A stretch of 64,000 nt of DNA from Octopus vulgaris (taxonomy: Eukaryota): positions 158,782,001 through 158,846,000 of the forward strand of contig OX597816.1 of the NCBI GenBank assembly GCA_951406725.2, written 5' to 3'. A program made the position numbers and the translations under genes. Positions 1-13,500 of the stretch are shown here, one piece after another; the first letter of the stretch is position 1; every line of letters starts with the position of its first letter. The notes under the pieces are model-generated. The model saw only the letters and a list, made by a program, of their open reading frames with translations. It was not told the origin of the DNA and did not search any database.

Positions 1-792
1 AAGCATGGGCAGCTGCTGCTCTTCCATAAGAACAACTCTAGGTTGTGCATTCACTTTTGAGGTGACTTTCTGCCCAGAATTGTACCCTGGAGGGGAACTT
101 CTTAGGTGCACCCATGGTCATCTGGAGTCAAGTTTTTTCTTTTTTTAAAAGCGAAGTTCCAAGCAGGAACTCTTTTTTTCTACTCACTACTGGCAGTGTG
201 GTTAAGCAGTTTGTTTCCTGACCTCATTGTTTCAGGTTCTGCCTCATTGCATGGCACATTGGGCAAGTGTCTTCTATTATAGCCCCAGCTTAACCAAAGC
301 TTTTTGGATGGATTTTGTACATGGAAATTGAATGAATCCTGTCATGTATATGTGTGTGTGCATGTGTGTGCTTATGTGAGTGCACTTGTGTGCATGTGCA
401 TGTGTACACTCATGTGTATGTGTGTGTGTGTCCTTGTCTTGATATCACATGGTAATTGTCAATGAGCAGCACCATCATATAAGCAGAGAACTTCATTGTC
501 AACCTTTCATGAAAATACATTAAGCTATGAGGAAATATTTCCTCACTTGGAAATAGGTGTGGGTTAGTAACAGTAAAGGCATCCTACAATAGAAAAATCT
601 ACCTCACCAAATTCTACTCAACTCATACAAACATGGAAAAGTGGATGTTAAAACAATTGTGATGATGATGATGGTCATTGTGTTCTACCTTCAGATCCTA
701 CACTAAACACTTTTCAATATTCCTTGTCCAGAACAGCAACCCTCAAGAATTTCTTAATCACTTTTTCTCTGTAACCAATAACCATCACTCAC

Positions 793-809
793 ATCAATCT
801 CATCAAACT
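793..809 (-). CDS. Candidate 17-nt micro-exon (phase 1 reads (E)FDEID)
   Basis: Minus strand reads atgacctttgtgtgtttcag|AGTTTGATGAGATTGAT|gtgagtg: pyrimidine-rich CAG acceptor and consensus GTGAGT donor in non-repeat sequence. No transcript evidence. Confidence 0.3.
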
Positions 810-1094
810 CTGAAACACACAAAGGTCATAAGAACCATCCCTCCTCCTCCTCTGACTAGTCTGTCATCATCATCATTTCTACACCTTTTTCCATACTGGT
901 ATTGGTCGGATAAGACATCTTGAGGCAATATTCTACCATACAACTGGAAGCTCTTCTTTATATCATCCCTTCTTCATTTTCCAGTTAAGTAGCTTAATTT
1001 TGCTACTCTTCATACCTTGAACAACTGAGCTACAGAAGATGTTTATATGGAACACAAACATCAAAACTGATCAAGTTTTAACTAGCACTCTGTC

Positions 1095-1385
1095 AGTTGT
1101 GGCAACCAGAGTTCCAGTTGATCTCATCAATGGAAAAGCCTGCTATTGAAATTAACATGCAAGTGGCTGAGCACTCCATAGACACATGTATCCTTAATGT
1201 AGTTCTCAGAGAGATTTAGCATGGCACAGAATGTGACAAGGCTGGTCCTTTGAAATCCAGTTACAACTCATTTTTGCCAGCTGAGTGGACTGGAGCAATG
1301 TGAAATAAAGAGTCCTGCTCAAGGACACAACACACTGTTGGGTATTGAACTCACAACCCAACCAGTAGGCTACATGCCATCACTG
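1095..1385 (-). mobile_element. Degenerate SINE with CORE-like domain
   Basis: Reverse complement contains gtgtccttgagcaggactctttatttcacattgctccagtccactcagctg, shared with the copy at 51800-52160 and resembling invertebrate CORE-SINE domains. Confidence 0.55.
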
Positions 1386-1552
1386 TCCAAGTAATATCAA
1401 TGTGAAGACCCTTGGACACACACACACATGAAGGGCTTCTGTACAGTTTCTACCGACTAAATTTTACTCACAAGGTACTGACTAACCTAATGCGACAGCA
1501 AAAGATACTTGTCCAAGATGCCACAAGGTGAAACTGAACTGAAAGCTATATA

Positions 1553-2335
1553 ATTCTTTTCTACTCTAGGCACAAGGCTTGAAATTTTTGGTGAGGGTGC
1601 TAGTCAATTAGATCGACACCACTATACAATTGGTACTTAATTTATTGACCCTGAAAGGATGAAAGGCAAAGTTGACCTTGGTGGAATTTGAACTCAGAAC
1701 GCAAAGACCGATGAAATACCTATTTCTTTACTACCCACAAGGAGCTAAACACAGAGGGGACAAACAAGGACAGACACATGGTGTAAGTCAATTATATCGA
1801 CAGGTACTTATTTAATCAACCCCGAAAGGATGAAAGGCAAAGTCGACCTCAGCAGAATTTGAACTCAGAACGTAACGGCAGATGAAATACCTATTTCTTT
1901 ATTACCCACAAGGGGCTAAACACAGAGGGGACAAACAAGGACAGACATAGGTATTAAGTCGATTACATCGACCCCAGTGCGTAACTGGTACTTAATTTAT
2001 CGACCCCGAAAGGATGAAAGGCAAAGTCGACCTCGGCGGAATTTTAACTCACAACGTAACGCAGACGAAATACCGCTAAGCATTTCGCCATGTGTCCTAA
2101 CGTTTCTGCCAACTCATCGTCTCGCAGGAACAATAATATTCTTTTCTACTCTAGGCACAAGGCCCGAAATTTTGGGGAGGGGGCCAGTCAATTAGATCAA
2201 CCCCAGTGCTTAATTGGTACTTAATTTATCGACCCCAAAAGAATGAAAGGCAAAGTCAACCTCAGCAGAATTTGAACTCAGAACATAAAGAGAGACGAAA
2301 TACCACTAAGCATTTCACCCAGCATGCCAACGTTT
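1553..2335 (-). mobile_element. Head-to-tail multimer of four tRNA-derived SINE units (family B)
   Basis: Four copies of ...gaccccgaaaggatgaaaggcaaagtcgacctcggcggaatttgaactcagaacg; B-box-like GAGTTCAAATTCC on the minus strand; two different tails. Confidence 0.85.
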
Positions 2336-2408
2336 AAGTACATAAAATATTACAAGTTCGTTCTGAATCTTATAAACAACAAAACAACCAAACACTAATA
2401 CCACTCAC

Positions 2409-2426
2409 CACATCAGTTTGGAAGAT
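2409..2426 (-). other. Candidate 18-nt micro-exon or 3' end of an alternative first exon
   Basis: Minus strand ataactttggcag|ATCTTCCAAACTGATGTG|gtgagtgg. Strong donor, weaker acceptor. Open in phase 0 (IFQTDV) and phase 2; stop in phase 1. Confidence 0.25.
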
Positions 2427-3621
2427 CTGCCAAAGTTATAAATGTTGGGTTCTTTTCCCCAGATTTAATAAATTGCACACAAAGCACAGAGGTTATAATG
2501 GGCTGGACAAGTCCACAATGATATCTGGCTTCTTTTGTCTCAATCCTTTATTATACCAGTCATAAATCCTATTTATTTGACTTATTTCTCTCTGATATTG
2601 TTCTAAGCTAAACAGATAAGGAAAGAACTAAAAACACTATAGATATACAAATAAAATACCAAAAAAAAAAAGGAAAGAAAAACAAATACTTTAACCAAGC
2701 AATATTACTTTGTTGGTTTGTAAAGAAATAATGAAGCAACGGTGATGAAATACTGTTACAGACAGTGTCTGGCCAAAGTTCAGTTGGAACAGCAAGTGAT
2801 TAAATTATTCAAGCATTGATTTGTATACATACAAAGAGAAGTTGATAGGAAACATCCCTGCGAAAATAAAACTGATTTCGTTAAGTTGGAAAACATTACA
2901 CATGCTTTACATACCAGCAACTGTGAGATCACTGGCTGCAAACTTGTATAACAGCATTTTTTTAAAGGCTTAGAGAAAAGCTTACACAATAGCTTACTAT
3001 GATAATAGCAGTATTTCTGAAGAAAGACTGATGGATGTCAAAGCTGTTTGTAATGAGTGCTGACATATTACTATTATGTTTATGACTTGTGTGGTCTATT
3101 TACTTCATAGCTATATTTAGAAAGATCAGATCAACTGCTATGAACACTATAATGGTAAGGGAAGTGGAAATGACTTTTACACAAAATGATTCTGTTTGTG
3201 AAGAAAATGTCATAAGCCTATCACAACAGCAAATGTCAAAAACTGCGACTTGTGAGTCTACGCAATGTTAAGCTTAATCTTAATCGATATCAAATCATAA
3301 GGGTGCATACAGACATCTGGCTTTACTGACACAAAGATATGCAATTAAGAGAATGGGGACACACACAAACACACACACACATACACACAAACACACACAC
3401 AAGGATATGAAGACAGTACAAGATCTTTATAAAACAAAATCCTGACTATCTTAGCCATTGCATAAAAAAAATCCCCCGTTTTTATCTCATACTGATTTAT
3501 CATCATAACACTAATTACAACAATGAATGACCGGAGATGGGTGGAGGTTGCACATGACTGCCCACACTGGCAGCAAATACTGTGAAAGGGAATGAAGAGA
3601 GTGGAAGAAACAGGTACTCAC

Positions 3622-3639
3622 CATCAGAGAAAAGTGCTC
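3622..3639 (-). CDS. Candidate 18-nt frame-preserving micro-exon (phase 1 (G)ALFSD; phase 0 EHFSLM)
   Basis: Minus strand tgtgcctgtgctgttgattttttccttccatcag|GAGCACTTTTCTCTGATG|gtgagta: strong polypyrimidine tract with CAG, consensus donor, upstream TGC motifs, unique sequence. Confidence 0.45.
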
Positions 3640-3820
3640 CTGATGGAAGGAAAAAATCAACAGCACAGGCACAGAGCTCATTCAAATACAGTCACTGTGT
3701 GCATAAGCATAATGCCACTCCTGCGTGGGTTTGTACAGCCACAACAGATACTGCACCACCATCAGCAGCTGACATGATTTCTTTGGGCACAGATCCATGG
3801 CCTCTCAAGACTGACAGATA

Positions 3821-3979
3821 CCTACTACTACTACCACCACCACCACTACCACCACTACCACCACTACTACTACCACTACTACTACCACCACCACCACTAC
3901 CACCACCACCACTACCACCACCACCACTACCACCACCACCACTACTACTACCACCACCACTACTACCACTACTACTACT
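3821..3979. repeat. Compound (CTA/CCA)n trinucleotide microsatellite
   Basis: Directly visible; accounts for the poly-Pro/Leu and poly-Val ORFs. Confidence 0.95.
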
Positions 3980-4976
3980 GAAGGGATTTTTAAAAGTTCA
4001 AACTTTGACACATGTACAGTTAAATTTAGGATCCAAATACACAAAAAAGTAACCTCCAGTGGATTTGAAACAATGACTGATGAAATTGTAGTTGAATCTT
4101 ATTTCCATTCATTTCTTGAGCAAAACACTTCATTTCACACTGCCCCAGTTCACTCAGCTGATAAAAATGAGACATCCTGCAATGGACCAGTGTCCAGTCC
4201 AGGGAGGACTATATACACCAGAGAAACCAGGATATCAGCCCTATGCCCCTTATGGAGTAACATAGACTAACTACATTATCTAATATAGCCTTTCACTACG
4301 ACAATAAAGTGTAAATCTGAGGGAGATTTGGTTGCTATTTTAGCAAATTTAATGACCATATAGAAGCTACCTCTTTAGATGAACTCATTTTAAAGTTTAT
4401 TCCTACACTGTCTTTATCTTAATATAAAATTCTGAAGCATTGAGAAAAAGGTTCAAGTTAGGGTGTAATATATAATGGATCATAATATTCATATCTGGTC
4501 ATGATATGACAACCATGGCCAAGTCTATCATCATCATGAAAAGCCCATGTTCCATACTGGCATAGATCAGACAATTTGATAGTATCTGATGGACCCAAGG
4601 ACTGCATTGTGCTCCTCAGTTTACCTTGACATGGTTTCTATGGTTGGGTGCCCTTCCTAATGCCAATCACTTTACAGCATGTACTGCTTTTTGGTGCAAC
4701 CAGAACATTAATGAGTTTGCTATGCAGTTTGCAAGACTACAAATTCAGAAAGAAGTGGCATTATGCTAGGAGATGATGGGTTGAAAATGAGAGAAAGGGC
4801 CAAAGCAGAACAGGTTTCTTGCTGTAGAGGGGCTACATTGTTACACACATTTTAGAAGAGAAGCTAAGGGTGATTAAAGGGGAGTGGTGGGAAGATAAAA
4901 ATAGTGGTGATGAGATGTCTGTTTTTCTCCTCGGGCTACAAGGTGAGCAGAAGTGAATGGGGTGGGGTAGAAACAA

Positions 4977-5134
4977 CTGTGGCTGGGTGGTAAGAAGCTT
5001 GCTTCCCAATCACGTGGTTCTGGATTCAGTTTGGCTGCATGGCACCTTGGGCTAGTGTCTTCTACTATAGCTCTGAGTGACCAAAGCACAGTGAGTGAAT
5101 TTGGTAAATGGAAACTGAGAGAAGCACACCATGA

Positions 5135-5172
<38 letters not shown>

Positions 5173-5375
5173 CCTCCACCAGCACTTGACAATCAGTGTT
5201 GATTTGTTTACATCCCTGTAACTTAACTGTTCAGCTCAACAACAGAGATAAAATAAGTACCATGCTTTTAAAAGAAAAACAGAAAAATACTGGGGTCAAT
5301 TTGTTTGACTAAACCCTTTAAAGCGGTACCCCAGTATGGCCACAATTCAATGACTGAAACATGCAAAAGAATAAG
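4977..5375 (+). mobile_element. tRNA-derived SINE (family A)
   Basis: Head gtggctgggtggtaagaagcttgcttccc...ggattcagt, then ccttgggctagtgtcttctactatagc, internal (TG)n, and tail ...tgactgaaacatgcaaaagaataa; homologous to 11054-11482. Confidence 0.8.
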
Positions 5376-6849
5376 GTAAAAGAAAAGTCTCAAATTCCTA
5401 TAAATATAATTTTATTTATTTACTTTTTTAGTCAGGTGGAAGGACAGTGCCGATGCCCTTTTCCAGGACCTCTAAGACCTCAAGGAGGAAGGTATCCTTA
5501 AACCAAAGACTTGGCCCAAATTCTTGCAGAGGTGACATGCCTCAAAACACCCAAAGATCAAGTGGTTGTGTTGAGCCAGACATCAGATACATTCTATCAC
5601 CTAAGTTGGCCATGCTGAGATTTGAACTCAGAATGCAAAGAACTAGAACAAATACCACAAGGTATCTGGTTTGACATTCATACAGCTCAACCAATCCACA
5701 GTCTTGGCTTGCTACTTTCGTGACGATCCCAGAGGGATTTGAACTCAGACCACAGACAGGCAGCACAAATACTGCAAGGTAGATTATAAATCACACCTAC
5801 AACCTTGTTAATTTGCCACCTGTCTGTTTATCAATGGAAAACATACACATCTAATGAAAATTACAACAAAAATGTTGACAAAATGGTTAATTACAAGAAT
5901 ATTTAGTTGCAAGAAATATAATTTATTCATGCATTCATTAAAAACAAGGAAATGGACTCCATTTTAAAAATTGATTTCTCCCCAACCACCACTGCTGCTA
6001 CCACCACCATCATCATCATCACCACCACCACTACCACCACCACTTCTAACTCAGGCAAGCAATAATATGAAGTGAAGGTCAAACTTAACTAGAGAACTCT
6101 TCAACTACTGAAAATTATGCATGAGTAAAGAATTTCTTTCCACTTTTACACACATTTTGTAAAAGAAGATTAAGAACTCAAGAAGATATGTTATCACCTA
6201 AGAATATTAGCAATTGCTGGACCGAAAACATCACCCAACAATAGAAGGAATTATCGGATTAAAAATAATAATACATTTACTTTTGTTTAGATGCCAGACA
6301 CATTAAGTGTGGCAGGAAACTTGACAATACAATTAAGGTGAGAAATAGTTGGAGCTTTACACAAGTAAAAGAGCGGATATAAGTTTTAATCTGTGTCCAG
6401 CAATGGAACTGGTATTTGAAAACTGAAATCAGGAAAAAAAATAGGATACTAATAGAAAATGGTCATCATTGTTGTGCCTATTATAAGGGTGGAGTCGTAA
6501 TAGAATTCATAGAGAACCAAACAAAATGTTTTATTGTATTGAGTTACAGCTTTGTATGTTTGAAATTCTTAGCCTGATGCGTTTGATGTTAACATTGGAT
6601 CTTAAAGGACCAATAAAAGAAATACCACAATTTGACTACACCCTCAGCTAAAACTTTTGGGCTTGTGATTATGAAAGAAATTGTTCTTGAGTCTATTATA
6701 AATAGGCAAAGTAAGGGAATTTCAATAAGAAAAATAGGAAAAGAATATAATGATAAAACAGAAGAAATACATGTAAGAAACAGGTTTTCCAATGTTTTAT
6801 CAATGACTTTGCCAAAGTCTTATAAATGTCTTATCAATATCTTTCTCAA

Positions 6850-7130
6850 TGTCCTACAGTGCCTTATCGATGTCTGTCAGTGCCACATGGAAGACTGTCA
6901 GTGCCTCATTGAAGTCTGACAGTGCCTCACCAAAGTCTGACAGTGCCTCACCAAAGTCTGACAGTGCCTCATTGAAGTCTGACAGTGCCTCATTGAAGTC
7001 TGACAGTGCCTCGTCAAAGTCTGTCAGTGCCTCATTGAAGTCTGACAGTGCCTTGTCAAAGTCTGTCAGCACCTTGTCAAAGTTAGACAGTACACTGTCA
7101 GTGCCTTTAAATGTCTTGCCAATGTCTTAT
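6850..7130. repeat. 21-bp minisatellite (GTCTGACAGTGCCTCATTGAA-like), about 10 clear units with degenerate flanks
   Basis: Tandem units visible; translate as DFNEALS (minus) or SLKSDSA (plus) heptads. Confidence 0.9.
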
Positions 7131-10100
7131 GATAGCTTATTTTATAATGTTGATGTATTTTCATCTCTTACAAATCTGGAAGAACAAAATATGAGAAATG
7201 TTTTAAATTTCAAGATTGAGTATCAAGATAAATCTATATAAGTCAAAGTGGAAAGGTAGGAGTCTGAAATATGTCCAGAATGATAAAGTTCACTTGTGGA
7301 GTATGTGTTTATGTGAGTGTATGTATATTTGTGTTAACTACATGTATGTGCTCATGTGCACATATGAAAGAGAAATAAAAAATTTTTTATGGAAATTGTT
7401 GATTTTCAGTTTCACTTTGTGAGACAAATGAAAGTTTACAATAAATAACAAATATGAAAAGTTACAATAAATAACAAATATAAATGGGACAAGATAATTC
7501 CAGTAAAACTAAGAGAACCAAGCTGAAGAGACAAGATAAGTGATTAACAAAGCAACAAAGAATATAAATTCAGTGAAAGCTGGAAGAGTTTTGAGCCAAG
7601 ATAATGAAATCATTTCAAAGATTTAGAGTGCCATCTGAAAGGGGGTCTCACTGGAAGAGGTTACTGGAACGAATTACAATAATATTATTAGTATAAGTGG
7701 TGGATTCACCAAAACATTAGGATGTTAGACAAAATACTTTGTGGTGTTTTGTTATGACCCTTCACATTCTGAGTTCAAATTCTATTTAAGCTAACTTCAC
7801 TTTTTAATTTTTCCAGGGTTGTCAAAATCAGTCACAATCAAATATTTGGATTGACATAATCACCTATTCGTATCCAAACCAAAATTTATGTCTCCTCCAT
7901 ACATTCTTGCAACCTCTATCCAACCCACCCTTCCTTTCTGCTGCTGATAATGCTCACCCTGCAACCTCATCACCACTGCCTTTCTCTTCCCAGCCCTACA
8001 CCAACTGCTCTCATCCACTATTCCATAATATGAGCAGCCATGTATCTCTTCTCCAGCAAACCTGTTCTAGACCCTTCCTTCATACTCTAACCTCTCATCT
8101 CCTAGCATGAAGATGCTTCCCTCTCAACCATATTCCCACTCGATTAAAATGGATCTTACTCATGTGAGCAATATGGCTACCTCAGTAATGCTGGTGCCAT
8201 GAAAAAAGCACTTGGTTTGCTCTGTTAAGTGGATGGCATTAGAAAGGGCATAAAGCTGTAGAAACCATGCTAAAGTAAACACTAGAGCATGACACAATCT
8301 TTCAACCTAATCATCATGGAATACAGATGTTAAAAGATAATGAAGTTATGTAAGAAATCATTATTAGAAAAGGTTTACCAAAAAAAGATGACTTTCATTA
8401 AAGTATTAGGCTTATTGTTTCACACTTAATTTTCCCAAGTTACCATCTTTAATGTTATGTAAACCACAATGCTATAAGATATAAAAAAATACTGGGATGA
8501 GATATTGCTGTTATTTTAGTTTCTGATAAGTTCTCATCAAAAAGAACCACAAAAATATCCCAGTCACAAGCATCCTGCTTTTGATTTTTCACTCACAAGG
8601 TATTGAAGACAATATTATCCAAAATCGGTGAGCTGCCAGAATCGTTAGCATGCCGGGCTTAGCAGCATTTCCTCTCTAATTACATTCTGAATTCAAATTC
8701 CACTGGGGTTGACCTTTCATCCTCTCAGAGTCAGTAAAATAAATACTAGTTGAGCACTGGGGTCAATGTAATTGACCAACACACTCACCCGAAATTGAAG
8801 GCCTTGTGCTAAAATTTAAAACCATTATTATCCAATGTCTTTTATTATTTTTACTTGATAGAGTGTCATTCAAGTGAGACCGAGATGTAATTTCTGCATC
8901 ACAAGCAACCAAATAAAGGCTCAGGAATCACTTTCATAAAGATTATCCATTTCCAGATGTACATATACCTATTATTGTTGTAGTGTATCAAGGAAAATAC
9001 ACTGGTGCAGTTTTTCTATTGTAATTCTTCTACAGACTGTGCCATCCTGTCTTATTCCATTTCTGACCTGCTACATGCTAGTTTTCTTATGAGCACTATT
9101 AGTAACATGTTACCCCAGTACTTGTTGCATGATTGGTCGAGAGGGTGATTTTTATACACCCTCATCATCATCCAGTGTTTTAAATCTGTGTTTTGTCCCC
9201 GTTAACGGGGGTGGCCAGATCTACCTCAATGCCATAGCAACTGAGATAGGCAGGTGCAGCCCACCTCAACCTTTGGGCTGACTGGTACCCATTCTCCCTT
9301 GCTATCATGAGGCTCCAGCATGGCCACAGTCAAAAGACTGATACAAATAAAAGGATACAAGAATAAAAGAGTTACATCTTAATTACTTCCTAAGATCATA
9401 ATGGTGATCAAATTATTATCAAAGTGTAAATATGAACGCTTTCACTCAAACACATCTTCATCCCATGATACAACTTCATCACGATCTCTTTCTCTCTCCT
9501 CTCTTCTCTTCCATCTTCAATAGCCATGTATCTCCTGATAACCTGTTTCTGCCCTTCTATCATATTCTAGCCTCTCTACAGATCTGGCACAAAGCCATCT
9601 CCATCAAAACTACTATTTCCCAAACCCACAGCTGAGGGTCTCATCTTGCACGTTACTTAGTGACCTCACTAGTGACAGTACCAAGAAAAAAAAGAACCCA
9701 GTACACATTGTAAAGTGGTAGGTGTTAGAAATGGCATCCAGCTGTAGAAAGCATGTCAAAGCAAACACTGGAGCAATGTGCTCTCCTCTGGCTCACCAGC
9801 TTCTGTCAAACTGTCCAACCAAAGCCAGCATGGAAAACAGACATTAAATGGTTAATGATGATAACCATCCCAATACCGCTTTAGTCAACTTTGTCTCTTA
9901 TCCTTTTCAGATAAATACATTAGCTATATGTAACATAGTGGAATGGTTTAAAATCCAATATCAAATAATTGGACTTGTTAAAGGAAACTGTTATTGCATA
10001 GTTAATAACGTTTTATACTCCCACAACAAGTAATTGTACATGATGTGCTCACTTCATTTAATTTGCCTTAAAGCTTCATAATAATTAAGAAATCATTATC

Positions 10101-11053
10101 AGCTCAACCATTTCTATGTGAGCATTTTCATATATAAATTTTCACCTTCATGTACCACATATGCCAATAGTTCATGTGTGTGTGTATGTATGTATGCATG
10201 TATAAACATGTGTATTTGTGCATGTATGTGTGAGTGTCTATGCATACATACATATATATATATATATATATAGTTTATAACCAGTTAAAAGAAGAAAAGA
10301 AAATGGAGATAAGGAAGTTAACAATTATTTATTACTAACGAATTGGTCATCTTCACTTCTTACAGCCGTTTCCTAACGCCAACCACTCCAAGAGTGTAGT
10401 GGGTGCTTTTACGTACCACCGGCACGAAGGTCAGTCAGGTGGTACGCTCAAATGGTGTTTTTTATGTGCCACCTGCAGAGGAACCAGTCCAGCAGCACTG
10501 GCAATGACTTTGCTCAAATGTTTTTTCACGTGCCACCAGCAAAAGTGCCATGGTGATGCTGGTAACGATCACAATCGAATGGTGCTTTTTACGTGCCACT
10601 TGCACGGAAGCCAGTTTGCTGCTCTGGCAGCTTGGATGGTGCTCTTAGCGCTCCATTAGCACAGATGCCATGCACTTGTATGCATATACATGTGTATAAA
10701 TCATTATCATTTTAATACCCACTTTTCCACACTAATATGTGTGTGTATGTATTTATATAACACATGATAGGCTAAATTATCAGCTGTTATACATTGTTCA
10801 TCACAATGTGCTATACAAGTTTAGCTTTAACACTGCTGGCCAGGTAAGCAGGCCAACATTTTCTCCAATCAGAAGGCTAATCTATTGCAAGCTTACCCAT
10901 TTACAGCTGAATGGACTATAGCAATGAAGTATTTTGCTCAAGAAGACAATGCTCCACTCAATCTTGGAATCAAACCTACAGTCACAAGATCACTAACACC
11001 TTTACCACATGCCTTCACACACTCACATGTATATTTGATTGTGTGTGTGTGTA

Positions 11054-11482
11054 CTCTTTTTACTCTTTTACTTGTTTTAGTCATTTGACTGCTGCCATAC
11101 TGGAGCACTGCCTTTTTTAGTCGAGTAAATCGACCCCAGGACTTATTCTTTGTAAGCCTAGTACTTATTCTATCAGTCTCTTTTGCCGAACCGCTAAGTT
11201 ACAGGGACGTAAACACACCAGCATTGGTTGTCAAGCGATGTTGAGGGGGACAAACACAGACACACAAACATATACACACATACATATATATATATATATA
11301 TGTATATATACTTATATACGACGGGCTTCTTTCAGTTTCCGTCTACCAAATCCACTCACAAGGCTTCGGTCAGCCCGAGGCTATAGTAGAAAACACTTGC
11401 CCAAGGTGCCACGCAGTGGGACTGAACCCGGGACCATGTGGTTGGTAAGCAAGCTATTTACCACACAGCCACTCTTACGCCT
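11054..11482 (-). mobile_element. Near full-length tRNA-derived SINE (family A)
   Basis: Reverse complement: A-box-like gtggctgtgtggtaa, B-box-like GGTTCAGTCCC, ccttgggcaagt, internal (TA)n, and a 3' part ending in gtaaaagagtaaaaagag; close to the copies at 37410 and 54087. Confidence 0.9.
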
Positions 11483-11870
11483 CTACTTCATATAGATATG
11501 AATACGTATTTGTATGCATGTGAATATAAATACACGTGTGGGTGGATGGATGGATGGATGGATGGATGGAAGGAAAGACAGATATTTCTTCATTTGTGTG
11601 AAGTCACTCAAATAACAAAAAAAAACCGATTTTCTGGGAATCATTGGCTTCAAATAAATAACTAAACCCTAATATCTGTCTTGAGTACTTTTCCTCTCCT
11701 CCCTTTTATACTGAGAACAAAATCACAAACCACCTCCCCACCACTAAACATGCTATCAGTAGACCCTCTCCTAATACTACCACCATCAGAAGTAGAGGTA
11801 CTACCACCCTACAGTAAAGCCATAGCTGACATCACCACCACCACCTCAAAGTAATACACAATACACACAC

Positions 11871-11923
<53 letters not shown>

Positions 11924-12900
11924 GGAGACAAGAATAGATTTGTGTTCTTCAGATAGTTATTAATATTGTTTCCAGTGAATCTGGTCAAATTTAGAGATGT
12001 GATCCAAAGTGTAAATGATGAGATGAACAGAGATAAGAGATTTCCAAGCTTGCCAGAAGCGTACAGATGTATGATGCACCAATGTCTATCAATTGTCTTC
12101 AATGAGATGTAATTAAAATGATAGCTATTAATATGCACACACAAACTCTCATACACACATATATAAACATATTTGTACATAGATACATACATACATACAT
12201 ACACACACACATACATACATACATACATACACACACTCCTGTGTGTTGCATATTTTTATCATACTCATGTGACCCAAAATACCTGTGGCATTTAAAATCT
12301 TGTTTGTGTATTCATATGTATGTATTTATATACATGTGTGTACATGTGTATTCATACACAGCCATCTGTATGTGCATGCGTGTGTGTATATATATTATAC
12401 ACACACACATGCACACATAAATGCATATGCATGCAAGCACACACGTGTATGTGTGCATCTGTATGTATATGGATGCATGTGTACGTACATGTATAATTAG
12501 TTTTGCACTTTGTGCATGAGTTCATGTGCATGCATATTGTGCATACTTGTATGCATGTTTATATGTGATCTTCGAAACAGGCATACAGACATACATGCCA
12601 CACAAACAGAGAAACATGTCTAGCAGGAAGCTTCTTTCAATTCTACCATATTCTCGGTTATAATGATTAAATGAAAGCAAGCATCAATAATTCAAGATTC
12701 CTGTACACGATCAGTATCCAATCCTCATTATTTTAACATTTGATATTCTTCGTTTTTATTGGATGGCTTCATTGGTAAATACAGTATTTTCCCATCTTCA
12801 TCTTAATTAAATAGATAAAAACATTATTACTCTTAGTTTACAAATCAAAGAGTCCCTGGTTCAAATCTAGTTTGGAAAAAATCTAGGAATGAGCCTAAGT

Positions 12901-13058
12901 GCAGGCATGGCTGTGTGGTTAAGAAGTTTGTTCCTCAATCCAGTGGTTTTGGGTTCAGTCCCACCAGGCAACACCTAGGGAAGGTGTCTTCTTCTGTTGC
13001 CTAGACCAATGAAATCCTTGTGAGTGGATTTGGTACACAGATACTGAAAAAAGCCTAC

Positions 13059-13117
<59 letters not shown>

Positions 13118-13500
13118 AAGAAAGAGAGAGGTCAGTGACACAAAACTGAACTCAAAACAGGAATACATATTTTTTAATTTTGATAAGTGCCAATGCACGA
13201 AACTCAGACAGACAGACATACATACATACAGACAGACAGACATACATAGACACACACACACACATACACACATACATATATGTGTGTGTGTGTGTGTGTG
13301 TGTGTTGTGTTTGACCACCACATCACTTGACAACTGGTGTCGGTTTGTTTGTCCTGATAACTTAGCAGTGCACCAAAAGTGACTGACAGAATAAGTACTA
13401 GACTTTTAAGAAATAAGTACTAGGGTTGATTTGTTTGACTAAACCTTTTGAGATGGTTCCCCAGCCTGGTTGCAGTCCAGCAACTAAAATAAGTAGAAAA
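12901..13500 (+). mobile_element. tRNA-derived SINE (family A) with expanded internal microsatellites
   Basis: Same head and tail as 11054-11482 in the opposite orientation. Confidence 0.75.

Noticed and set aside
3582-4052. 156-aa Pro/Leu-rich ORF
   Set aside because: Length is due to the CTA/CCA microsatellite; no domain-like content.
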